NCBI RefSeq assembly: GCF_009834535.1
Contig: NC_045696.1
Span: 83,888,001-83,952,000 of the forward strand
Direction: 5' to 3'
DNA: 64,000 nucleotides
From: Camelus ferus
Taxonomy: Eukaryota
A program made the translations under genes and the position numbers. Under the pieces are notes generated by a model. That model saw only the letters and a list, made by a program, of their open reading frames with translations. It did no database searches and was not told the DNA's origin. Each line of letters starts with the position of its first letter. The stretch's first letter is position 1. This document shows positions 51,001 to 64,000 of the stretch, one piece after another.

Positions 51001-53724
51001 TATGGTCATTCCTATCACTCTTCCTTTTATTAAATCCAGCTGTTTATGTCTTTCCCTCAGGTCTGTGTGTTTCTTCAGAGTAGACATGATACCTTAATCA
51101 TTTCTTCATTTTTATGTATAGTACCTTGTTCACATGATCTGTCTCACAAAGACTTGGTAAATGAAAGGAATGGACATGGCGTTGAATATAATTAATTCGC
51201 ATATTCTTAAACACCATGAAAGTCTCATTAAAGCAGAAAATAATAATCAAATACATGCTAATAATTTCCCTGGGTACTTGTGGAGGTTACTAAGTGTCAT
51301 AAATACTTTAATTATCAAGGTTTTCATGTATTTGGGGAGGCAAGAAACTAAACATGTGAAAAGGATACCAACCATGTAAGGCAGAGCACGTGGTGCCCAA
51401 AACACAGAGATGCAGAGAATAAATGCTACTGAGTTTAGAGGAAGCAGAGAGGTAAGCTTTATGGTTGTGTCACTAGAAAGTTTTCAAATGAATGATTCAT
51501 GAGTAATGTGTGAATTTGTGTGTGTGTGTGAGCGAGAGAGAGCAAGAGGAAGAGAAAATTAAGAATATGTTACCTGGGGTGGCTGGCATGCTGGGACTGG
51601 ACTACCAAGATGCTGGCAAAACCAGGAACTTAAGAATCAAAGAATCCTCACTGAAAGCTTCAGACGTTGGCTTTCAATCAGTTATCCTGAAGGTCTGAAT
51701 TGGGTAGTGTTTGAGAGTAACCAATCTTGGATTTCTTACTGATATTTTAAGGAGTTAAATGTTCCAAGAAATATAACGTACAAAGTGGCCCCAGATAAAA
51801 CTCTTCTCTCCTTCCCTCCCCCGTTTTTTCCATTAGCTGACATCTACTGTGCGCCAACTCTGTGTCAGCCCGGGCCAGGGATGGGAACACAGCTGTGAGC
51901 AGGATGCTGAGACTGGATTCAGTTCTGATGGAAGTTTAATCAAAGAGCAGGGACTTCCCACGTGGACTGTATCAACTCTGAAAGATCCTAGTGTTATTTC
52001 AAATCTTTACTCATGTGTACATTTATGCTTTACTGTCTCTGTACATAGTAAATACAATTAAATATTACCTTATAAGCCTTCCAGATATGTCTAAATATTT
52101 CACCTACACTGACCACAATAACTGATTGGCCACTGCAGGATAACTCCCTCGGGAATGAAAAGCAGCAAATATTCTACGTGTGTGAAATAACTGCCTCGAT
52201 GTTTAGGTGAGACAGTGAGGAATCTCTAATCGAATCAAAAATAGAGCCATGGTAAGAAGCAAAATGTAATTATCCAGTTGGAATTTGGCCAGTATAGTAG
52301 ACAGATTCTCTTGAGTTCCTGAGGAAAGGAGCATAAGAACTTTAAAGTATCCTCTGCTTCAGCTACGAATGTATTTCTGACTCCAGCACAATGTACCCAT
52401 TACCTTTTGGATCTCCTCCAGTCCTACCCTCGTGACCACCCCACTCAAGAGCCCAGAGGCCGAGGAGCTCAGATGTGAGCCACGAAGACCCTTCCTCAGG
52501 GAACATTCATTTCCCTTATGTGGACAGAAACATTTATGTTGTAGACACGTAGAAAAGCTCTATTAGTGCTTTGGGATGTAGGCTCTCTGAATGAGGGGTC
52601 GAAGTTGTGGTGTCAAATACATCACTGTCATCTCATTGCTAGAAGCCGAATGCTGTTTAGAAAAGAATCTTCCCGATCCTAAATGTGGGAGATCTTTCTT
52701 ACAGGCTGCTGCTTCCAGAGAGGAAAGCTAACTTCTCTCCTGTGGACCACATGAACTGCTCAGGAATCTGTCATCCCAGCTCTCTAACTGGAGAACTGGG
52801 TTCAATAAATTGCATATAAAAAGGCCTTACACACTGAGTTTCTTTTATCTTGATATATATCTGTCTTAATCTCATCAGAAACAGATTGTTTAATTTCCTA
52901 TGTTCCACAGAAATGACAGAAAATCATCATTATCTAAGCTAAGTCTTTCACTCACAGATAACTTATTTCAATAAGTGTCTTGGGGTTAGCTGCTTAAAAA
53001 TATTACCCAAAGGATTCTACATTTCTAAGTACTTTAATGTCACTAATATGTTAAGATTTTTATCTTGACCAGAATAGGGCACCTGAATCAGATAATTCAA
53101 CTGGATTTTTCCCCCTTGGGATATTTAAAGTAAATTATTCAACACCTAATATGCCAGGTGTATTTTGAAGCTACTTCTTCAAAACCACTGCTTTTTATTG
53201 AAAACTTAGGATAATATTTACATCATCTTACAGGTGTTCTTCTTAAAAGCATTTAGTTCTCACAGCAGACACTTATGTATCCTCTCTTCTTTCCTTCCTA
53301 TATGACTTATAACTGGACATATTGAGATATTCAATCAACACATTTATTGATTATCTGTGCCACAAGGCATTGTGTCAGTTGTGATGGGCAATTCAAAGAT
53401 GTATATAAGACAGGTGTCTTAGCGAATATAACCTACTATCAAAGATAAGACGTGGACCAGAATAATATAAACATAATGTTATGACTGTATTTATAGTTTT
53501 GCTTATAAAAGTTAAATATATTTGTTATATTTATCTGGCAACTGATAACTATATTTTACCTCAGAACTCCATAATAAAATAGAGGATTCAACATCATCAT
53601 TTCAAAAAGCTCTTATGGAAAAACATTTTTAAAATGGGTTTTTATAACACAACATTGTAAACTGACTATAACTCAATAAAATTTAAAAAAAAATAAATAA
53701 ATAAAATGGGTTTTTATTTCCTAC

Positions 53725-53822
53725 CAGACAAGGCTGTGAAATTTGCATTTTTGATGAAAATTTCAGTTATTCCAAGAGCCTTCAAAGCATCTTTTAAATC
53801 AACTTCCTGTTCCACTGTGAAC
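53725..53822 (-). CDS. SERPINI1: Neuroserpin exon 6, 98 nt (absent from ORF track)
   Basis: Hand translation [32 protein letters not shown]; acceptor ttctccag, donor gtagga; frame continues from exon 5. Confidence 0.96.
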
Positions 53823-53909
53823 CTGGAGAAAACAGAGGGAAAAAAAATATTTAGTTATACCATCTTGTTACCTGGGACAAGAATATAATGTTAGATTTAT
53901 TGATTTTAT

Positions 53910-54313
53910 TTTCTTTTTTAATTGAACTGTAATCGGTTTACAATGTTGCATTAATTTCTGATATACAACATAATGATTCATTTATACATATATAGAGATA
54001 TTCCTTTTCATATTCTTTTTCATTATAGGCTATTACAAGGTATTCAATATAGTTCTCTGTGCTATACACTAGGACCTTGTTGTTTATCTATTTTATATAT
54101 AGTAGTTAGTATCCACAAATCCTGAACTCTCCTTTTATTCCTCCAATCTTCTGTAAGTCTATTTCTGTTTTGTAAATAAGCTCATTTGTGTCATTTTTTT
54201 AGATTCCTCATATAGGTGTTATCAATGGTATTTTTCTTTCTCTTTTTGGTTTATTTCATCCATGTTGCTGCAAATGGCATTCTTTCTTTCTTTTTATGGC
54301 TTAGTAGTATTCC

Positions 54314-54373
<60 letters not shown>

Positions 54374-54508
54374 TGTGTGTGTGTGTAGCACAACTTATTT
54401 ATCCAATCATCTGTTAATGGACATTTAGGTTGCTTCCATGTCTTGTATCTTTTCAAATTACATGCACCCCAATGTTCATAGCAACACTGTTTACAATAGC
54501 CAAGACAT
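53910..54508 (-). mobile_element. Truncated L1 3' end with rearranged, partly inverted 5' junction
   Basis: Antisense 3'UTR of the same type as 28540-29268; final ~50 bp (54459-54508) in the opposite orientation. Confidence 0.85.
54316..54386. repeat. (GT)n microsatellite
   Basis: ~35 units with one interruption. Confidence 0.97.
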
Positions 54509-55289
54509 AGATGTGCTGATATTTAAAGTCTGTCTTATAGAGGGTAAGTTATGCTAAAACTGGTCTTACTTGATTGTGCTTGTAAAAAGAGGGGACATCA
54601 AAGAGAGTTACATAACAGAACGGTATTAGATTATTAAGGAGGAAGCCAGATTAGTCGTAATATGGAATCTCTCCCAAACCGACAAATTGTATTGCCCATC
54701 TTTCTAGTGAAAGATACGGACCAAACATGGCTGTATTAACAAACAAATGCACTTTTTAAAAGCAAAGGCTTTTATTACTTTTTAAGTAAAAAGTAGAAAC
54801 AACTGGTTAGAACAAAATATTTCCTATTTTTAAAGATGTTCCCTCCTAATCAACACGTAAGTTTTTAGTCAGTGGGCTGTGTCCTTCAAAGAGCTAAGAG
54901 TGTAGTAGTCACTAAATGTTACATTAACACCATTTCTGATGTATGATTTAAGAAGAATGACAAGGGAATGATTGCTATAAACAAGACTCAGACACTGAGA
55001 GGAATAATCAGTGGAAAACAGTTTAAGCAGGCCCACGATTAAGGAAAAAGCCAATTAACAGATGAGTAAATGTTTGGCAAACATATTAAACTAAGTATTG
55101 AATTTTATCTATATCCTACACTTTCACGTGGACTTACCATTGTTTATTTTGTTTTTTACAGAAAGCAGATATTGACTGTGAAAGCAGAAAAGGGGGATGA
55201 GTAGGTAAATATGAGATACTTGCAGAATACATTCAGTGGCTTGAATGAATGCTTTAAGGTGTTTTTGTGGGGGGGCTTTATTATTTGTT

Positions 55290-55500
55290 TATTGATCATT
55301 TATATGGAGCTTGCTATATACCAGGAACTGCTCCAACAGCATAAAAACAGATTAATTTAAATATCACCACAGCCCTTTGAGGTAGGTATTATTATCCTCA
55401 GTTAACAGAAGAAGACATGAGGGCCAGAGAGATGAAATAACTTGACCAAGGTCATACAGCTAACCAGTGGCGGAGCTCGGCTAAGGGTCCAGGTCATATT
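55290..55500. mobile_element. MIR relic (others near 18660-18860, 25290-25500, 55640-55810, 56240-56420)
   Basis: gaggtaggtattattatcctca...aataacttgaccaaggtcatacagct...gtggcggagct MIR core. Confidence 0.75.
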
Positions 55501-57361
55501 ACTAGTATTCTGATTCACCTAAAACAGGGAAGTGAAGGAAGGTGTCAGTCGGGGATTCTTTCTACTTCTGAAAAGTAGCCTGGCTTGTTTCACACTTCTG
55601 AGGCTGGCTGTTCAGGTGAGGATGGTGATTTAGCCAAATTGAATTTGGGACGCTCCCTAATTTCCAAACCTTGGTTTTGGCATGTGGAAAATGGCAATAA
55701 TAATGCCTACTTCATGGTATTGTTGAGGGGATTAAATACGGCTTCTAAAAGTCTTAGGACGGTGCTGGCATGGAGGAGGCAGGCAGTAAAGGGCACATAC
55801 TGTTAACAGTACTTGTTGTATTACAGCTACACATACGGTTCCCACTACTATAAAATTAAGGTGCTGGGTATTTGCATTTTAGTCGTGGGGGAGTAATTTG
55901 ATTAAACAGCTGTACTAATCTCTGCTCCATTAACTGTAAATTAGTCAAATCTAGTGTCTTTTTCATTCTAATATTTGTAGTATCTGGCATAGCGCAAAAT
56001 ACGTAAGTTGAAGTGAAATAAAATCTAAGTATCCATGACAGTGTTTGTTCAAAGCTGAAGACAAGATGTAAACAATTTCCACATATCCATTCCTTGTCTT
56101 TGTTCCTTATCAAATTATTAAAAATAGCTATTATCCATTTACTACCTTTCTTCTTAATGTAGACTAACATTTATATAATCACTCTCATCTCCCACATACT
56201 GTTTAGTATGTCCCTAGCAATATGCAAATCCTTTCTTGTATAGTATCTCATTTAATCAACCCTATGATACTCTCACAAAATCCTAGGAGATAGGTATTGT
56301 TACCTCTATTCCACAGAATAACAAACTGAAGTTCACAAAAGCTAAGCAACTTGCCCTAATTACCTAGAGAGAAGGTGGTAAAATGAGGATCTGAACTAAG
56401 ATCTTTCTGACTGCAAAGCACCGCCACCACTAATCACTATAATCCCAACAATGGCTTATCTAAAAACAAACAAACAAACTACAGGAAGATTTTACATTTC
56501 ACCCACTGAATTTAAAAGTAAAAAGCCTTAACACTGCTTTTTTACAACCCAAAGACATGGCTGATTTTATAAAGGCATGTGATGTCATCTTGCATTTGTA
56601 ACTTCCCACCTAAATGAACTGGAGAAGAAGGCAGAGGGCAGAAGCCCTGGAGAATGAGTAGATGTGCAGAGTAAGTGTTAGAAAAGAACAAATATGTACT
56701 ACATACAAGGAGACTTCAAAATGAATAAGCAATTAATCAAACCCTTTGTAGAAAAACCTAATAAAATCTCTCATGTTAAAAAACAAAATCAGATGGCTTG
56801 TGCACTGGTTATATTTTACAAACATGAAACTGAAGTGCTTTTTTAGTAGACAGTCATTTCAAAATAAAAGGATGGTTCCTGGTTACAAAATAGAGAACCA
56901 CTTATCCTTTGACTTCTAGCACTCTGATCACAAATGAAAAATCTGAGACTACAAAAGTGAGAGTGGAAAGATACTACAGCCAGGTCCACCTGCATTCCAA
57001 GTAGTAAGAGATTTGATTTTGATTTTGATTTTAGAAAAATCTTTTTACACCTAAGCTATATCATTAAAGACTGAAAAGTAAGAATAGACAATGAAGAGGA
57101 TAATTTCATAAGAACTGGGTTTTTAAAAAATCCTACTTAGAGAGAAGGATATATAAAGCTATCCATAGATAACAGATAAATAGGGACTTAAAAATATACA
57201 ATAATAGTAATAATAGATAATAATTATATGATGCTTACTCTCTGGCAGGCATTATTCTAAAGTGCCTTTTAGATATTTTACATATATTTCATATATATAT
57301 ATATATAAAAATATATATTAGCCAAACTATTTTTGCTACCATGGGTAAATTGGAAGAATAT

Positions 57362-58784
57362 TTGGGTTATGATTACCCTAATTTTTATATGTAAACTAAG
57401 AAATATATGGCTATACATTATATATGGTTATATATGATGAATATACAACATTAACAAAATTGGATAAAAATACAATTTCCATTCAGCATATGATTCCTGT
57501 AGAATTTATTGTTCAGGGGAAAAAACATCATACAAAAGTTATTGCCACTTCCCCTCCCCACATTCCCCCACCTCCAAATACCCTATACCTCCTAAGGAAA
57601 GCATTTTAAAGCAATTTGTATAAAATCTAGTATAATGGAAAATAAAAGTGCCTTTCAAGTAGGACAAGAATGTGGTCAAATTCAGAAATGCAAACTTGCA
57701 TTTTCAGAGTAATGTCTCTGTATGAATAAAACTATACAAACCTGTTAAGACAGACACTTGAATAAACCTGGAACACAACTATTAGAAAATTTTTACCTTT
57801 GCTAACATTGAGTCACATAAATCATTACCCTCACTGAACATTTAGTGGGTCCTAATGCTGTGAAATGGAGAGGTAGACAGTTTCCCATTGCTTATTACTG
57901 ACACACTGGTCTTTGAAAACAGTCAATCTCTTAAAAACGGAAACCAAATTTATCTTATCTAGCTATTTAGCCTCCCACTCTATGCATTAGCCATGCAGAG
58001 GGAGAATTCATGGATCTCCTGGAGAAATGGACACATGGTAATTAACTGTGCCGGGTTTAGTAACAGGCATTAATATGAGCAAGCCAGCCAAACTATTTCA
58101 TAATTGAAGAGTATCTCTTAGAAAATGAAAATTTAATTTTCTTCTGCTGCCACATTCAATTTCTCAGTGGACAGGACCCAGAGGCCACATTTTCTAGTGA
58201 ATATGGTTGAATTACAATATGCAATACTTATTAAGCATTCATTTAGAATTCTTTTAAAATATTCCTAAATAACTTTGCATCCTCACAGGATTAAAGCATT
58301 TGGAGATGCTGCAGTTAATTCATAGAATTTAATAAGGGAAGTATTAACTAGGTACTGAATTTCTCATATTATCAAAAGGAATTTCTTATAAAATGCAAGG
58401 AAAACATACAAAATTAATGATAAAAGGTCACTAGATGAGAGTTTAAATCTGATTTAGTGATTTTAACTTAATTATTAATATTTAAAAGTAAATTATTCTT
58501 TTAGAGTTAAGGTACATTGTTCATAAATTAAATATGTGAATGTCAATTATCATATATTTTTTAAAATCTTGGTTTTATTTGATATTCATTGGCTACTTCT
58601 TCTTGAGAAGATTTAGAGTGAAATCTTTCTAAATAAATGTATTGTCATGGAAAAGTTATGCAAGCTAAATATCTTAGCCAAAAAAAAAAAATTGGGTTAT
58701 GTTTACCCTAAGTTTTATATGTAAGCTAAAAAAAATGACTATATATTATATGTGGTTATACATGATGAATATACAACATTAACA
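57362..58784 (+). repeat. Dispersed ~95 bp direct repeat (57362-57456 and 58692-58784) in SERPINI1 intron 5
   Basis: Both read ttgggttatg.ttaccctaa.ttttatatgtaa.ctaa...tggttata.atgatgaatatacaacattaaca. Confidence 0.9.
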
Positions 58785-60186
58785 TAATGTGTATATATAT
58801 TTCTAGCCAAAAATGTTTACAGTTCCAAGAGCTCTCCTTCATTAATATAAGCAAACGTCGGCTAAGATTTTGTAAAATATACACTTATATAAGATATAAC
58901 TTTTCACTGACAATTCCTAAGATTAGAATAAATATGAATGAGTTAATGAGTTTTCAGTAATTCCATATTAATACTAATATCTTATTTATCACCCTTAAAT
59001 ATTCATATTAATTAATCATATTTGTACAATTTTCTTAATACAGAATGAATATTGGAGCTGTACTTCCACACATGCACACATGGACATATTTAGTGGCTGT
59101 TGACTGTGTGTCTTGTTGTCTAGCCCAGAATTTACACATATGTTTATAAATTTGTTGTTTGTGTTTCCTGGTCTAGCTCCGCTGTCAGGGTTTAAGGTAT
59201 TGAAGGACAGAAGGTAGTCAAGGACAGAATAATATCTTCAGTTAGGTTTGACTTCACAAACACTTTCTGTGTCTCTAGGATGGGAGAGAGAACTGACTTT
59301 ACCCTAGGAGAACTCACAGAAGGAAAGCAAGACCTGTGAAAAAGATCATCTTACTGTGGGGTGGTAGCATAAGTGTGTTGTCATACAGGGAGATACATAA
59401 GGGAGGCAAAGTGAGGGTCACCTGCTCCATCACGTGGCTCATGGAAGGCTTCCAAGAAAAAGTAGTGCCGGAGTTGTACCCTGAAGGCTAAGTAAACAAT
59501 ACCTGGTAAAGATACGTGAGGAAGGCACTTCAGGCCACTGCAAAAACATGCCTAGAGATCCAGAGGCATGAAGAGCATGACGTCTGTAGCGTAACTACAG
59601 GCACATGGATAGGACCTGCTACAAAAAGTCTGATGTGGCGGGTAGCCAGAGGTAGGGTTGAGGAAGTGGATGGTAGCCAGAACATCAAGACCCTGCCTGG
59701 ATTTTATATTTGCAGCCACAGGGAGAATGTGAAGCTTCTTCCTGCTGATTTAGTGTTGCTGCTTGGCCCCTAGCCCATGACTTGCTTGCACTTCTTCCAT
59801 CAAAGTTGACGATGATTTTCTCTCCAGCTATTATCAACTTTAAATATTAATGGCATTCAGAAGACTGTCAACGCAAGTGATATTCAAAGCCAATCTTGAA
59901 AAATCTTCTAAAATGAAGCTAAGAAGGTTGACTCACTTCTGCAACTAGGTCTTGGTAAGTAGCTCTGAATGAATTGGTTAGTGAGCCTGTGTCTCTGGGT
60001 AGCTCTGAATGAGTATGAAAGAATGATTTTTAAAAAGAAGGAGTAGAAGAGGAATAAGGAGAAGGAAAAGGAGGAGAGTAACACAAGACAAAATTCAAAA
60101 GCACTGGCAAGAGTTTCTCTGAGTCAGAACCTTCGTTGATAGCCCTCGCTCCCTGCTATCAGAAGGAGTCACACAGGAGCCTCTCA

Positions 60187-60525
<339 letters not shown>

Positions 60526-61837
60526 TTAAAGTAGACCCTGAAATTCAAGTGAATCCTCAGCCCTACAGAATTTACTTGATTTTTGGATCCCCAGAATTAT
60601 TTCACATGTGTCATAGCATGCTTTCTAGATTTACTTTTTATTTTTAAATGAGATGCTTCAAATGAAATATATATATATATAAAGGATACCATTAGAAACC
60701 ATGAAAAGTCCTGATTAGAAAAATAGAGCCCTGGATCCAAGTTGGATGTAAATCACATTGACCAATATCCCCCTGATTTCTAAGAAGGGAAAACCTGACC
60801 ATGTAACACCTGGTCTTCTATTATTACAACAGCTAAAAATTTTGACACCAAGGTAGCACAGCTGAAATGAAATCTATTGCATTCTGCAAAAGTTGCCTAG
60901 ATATTTGCGGTGATTAAAACCTCCAAAATAGGTAATTAGTTAAATTAGGCAATTGGCTTTGTGTTCTATGAACTTAGCTAAATTGACCAGGATTTCATTA
61001 AACAAACAAAAAAAAAGAAGTCTTTAAAACAAATGGTTCTGCCACTACTTAAAAATTTCCCCCATTTTCAAAAAATATATATATAATGCTTTTGTTCTGA
61101 ATATTTTCATATAATTGATCCCAGTCCTTTAGACATCACATTAAACATTTTGGTTCTCAAATAAATGGGTATTTATTTCCCTTTCTTATTTTGACTGTTA
61201 ATTTGATTTACTGTGATTATATTCATTTAATTTTACTATCATCTTTAAATAGAATAAAATACTAGTTCTAACATTTACTTAGTTTCTAATTACATTTCTG
61301 CTTATGACAATAAGTTATTACAGTTCAGTATGGTGTGCAGAAAGGATGAGCAACATAAACTCCTGAAAAGTCCAATGAACTACCCTGGAAAATAATGCCA
61401 AGGATGCTGACTTGCGTCACAAATTATAGACTCTCAATTAGTGAAACTATGAATGAATAATTATGTGTGACCATACATACACAAGTCTGAAAGCAAAGTT
61501 TTAAAAGAATGCTTATATTTCAAAAAGTGGTGAGGCGTCCAAGTCAAGAGCTGAGTGGAGCACAAGGTTCACGGAAAACCACCCCAAAGCGAATGATTTT
61601 CTGGAGTCAATCAGAATGTTCTTACACAAGATCAGATACTTTCATGTGACTAAAGCCATTCTGTGGGTGTGGTCAACTTTATAAGTTAAAGAAACATATT
61701 GGAAAACTGTCAAAACATATAATATTCACTAAGGATCTAATTAAGAGGTCTTTGAAAATGGAGCCAAGAAAACTGAACTGTAGCCCAAACAAGACTGACA
61801 AGAAATCTGAGTAATGAATATTTCATGTTCTTTCTTA

Positions 61838-62197
<360 letters not shown>

Positions 62198-63672
62198 TTA
62201 CTAAATTCACAATGAAAATTACAAGTATCTTGTTTTCAAAGGAAAAATGTTACACACACAGACTCAGAGCATCTAAAACACCCACACCACCCAAAATAAC
62301 ACTACTAGCATTTTGACATTTGCACAAACTACAGAAACACATACAACAGAATCTCAGGCTTCACTGCTTTCTAGTTGCAATGATGCATGTAAAACTCTTT
62401 AACACAGAATAAGGACTCAATAAACATTTCTAAGTTAATTCTTGAACAATGTACATGATGAAAATGTCATCCAATTCAAACCTTTCCCCCCATGTACATT
62501 AGATATCTTTCTCCTAAATATAACAACTGCTTTTGACTAGTGGAAAACGATGAGTAAATAGTTAGTTTAACTCATAACACCTTATTTTCTATCACTTGAA
62601 ATATTCCTTTCCAAATCTACTTTGAAAGACATTGGGACTTTGCTGGTTGTTGAAATTGTTTAAAAAAGAGTTTGGAAACAGATAGCTTTTAATAATTCAA
62701 TTTAATGCAGGTGAACTATTATTCTTAATTTATTCTTTGATAAAACAATTGTGTTTCTTTTATTTTACATTGTAATCTCATAGTGGACAAGACAGGACCA
62801 ACATTTGCTCTGTATACTCTCATTTTATTAGTCATAGCCCTTCTTCAGGTCCTTAAGGAGGTGCCTTAGCGTTTTGGGGATTAAAGGACAAAAGCTATAG
62901 GAGCAGGGACTTTTGTTGTTTCAACATAAACTTTACTAGATTAACTTATTTGGGGAGTTTTGACAACATAAAATAATTTAATGAACAGCCATAATAATCT
63001 ACTTGAAATTTGGTCTCATTTTTTAGATTCTACTTTCAACTATTTTGTTGGTAAAATTGGAAAAGTCAAATAGTAAAATATGAAACATTTGGAAAGTTTA
63101 AATACATTTTAAAAATATGATTTAGAAACACAGTTTAAGACAAGTCCATCTTTTTCCAGTTCCTCTCCATTTATTTGGGCTTAAAATGGGCTGCTCTTTT
63201 TTAAAGGAATCCTGTATAAACCTTTTGATTACCAAGCCTGTAGTTCAAAAGTTGACAAACATCTTTAAACTCTGATTTTTAAACTCTCTCTTATTCTATC
63301 CTAATCATATTGTTGAGGGCCATCAACTCCCATTCTAACAAGATCTAACTTATTAAACAGTCAGCTCAAGCAAAATTCCATACAGCAGTTAAGATTACTA
63401 TAGGGATAAAACACACCAACTGGAGAGCACAGATTTCATACCATCAGTGCCAATATCTGCCACATGCCAAAAGATTTAACTCCTTTCTCAAACGTTTATT
63501 CACAAACAATGCTTCTAAAATAGACTGTAATCTATGCAAAACAATTAGTAGATACTCACCTAAATGCAATCTGATATTCAAACTGTAAAAGGAATGAGGG
63601 GGCAAATAATTTCAGAAGTAAAACAGAGGTAAAACTAAGACATTAGAGAAAGAAAAGAAACAAATGACATAC

Positions 63673-63903
63673 TATTTGTGTGATTCTCCACCCACTTATT
63701 GATACGGTTGGCCACGGCTACATTTTGACTGAAGTCCACATGATTTACTTCCGCATTAAAGTACTTTTTCAGCATTTGCACAAACTCATCACTGATATGA
63801 AATCCATTTTGCACAAAGAGGGAATTGGCAATTTTCATTACATAGTGGCCGTCTTCAGCAGTCGCCACGTGAGAAAGATCCTTCAAGAAAGGAAATTCTT
63901 CCC
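63673..63903 (-). CDS. SERPINI1: Neuroserpin coding exon (exon 3 by human numbering), 231 nt
   Basis: Translates (G)[35 protein letters not shown]...[22 protein letters not shown]; acceptor tttgcag, donor gtatgt; phase 1-1. Confidence 0.96.
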
Positions 63904-64000
63904 CTGCAAAGTGACAAAGGACAAGTTTAGTGGTGGAACAGACATGGTGAAAGATGAAGGAGAGTGGAGGAGCACTGAGACACAGCAAGGCGGGTGAAGA

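Noticed and set aside
59959..60012. Repeat gtagctctgaatga occurring twice as an array or CRISPR-like unit
   Set aside because: Only two copies of 14 bp in a mammalian intron; no array structure

Overview
Mammalian genomic DNA, probably camelid (inferred from several tRNA-Ala-derived SINEs of the Vic-1 type). The only host gene I can support is SERPINI1 (neuroserpin) on the minus strand. Seven coding exons are present (3-9 by human numbering; 231, 195, 205, 98, 87, 90 and 77 coding nt), all with GT-AG boundaries, an intact frame, stop codon at 31863-31865 and two AATAAA signals; exons 1-2 lie beyond the right edge. The ~20 kb intron 6 holds a decayed ~6.7 kb gammaretrovirus-like (ERV1) provirus at 35058-41751, antisense to the gene. 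It has both LTRs, a tRNA-His primer site, HERV-W/ERV9/HERV-H-like gag with two zinc knuckles, pro and pol, and only a stub of env. It sits inside an MLT2 LTR that itself sits inside an MLT1 LTR. Elsewhere are a related solo LTR (14589-15142), a twin-primed L1 with a 19-bp TSD, an L1 reduced to 5'UTR plus ORF1 start fused to its 3' end, old L1/L2/MIR/MER relics, microsatellites and a ~95 bp local duplication. I see no CRISPR array, rRNA, genuine tRNA gene or new multi-gene system. Repeat family names and the human protein comparison are from memory, not a search; boundaries of old repeats are approximate.
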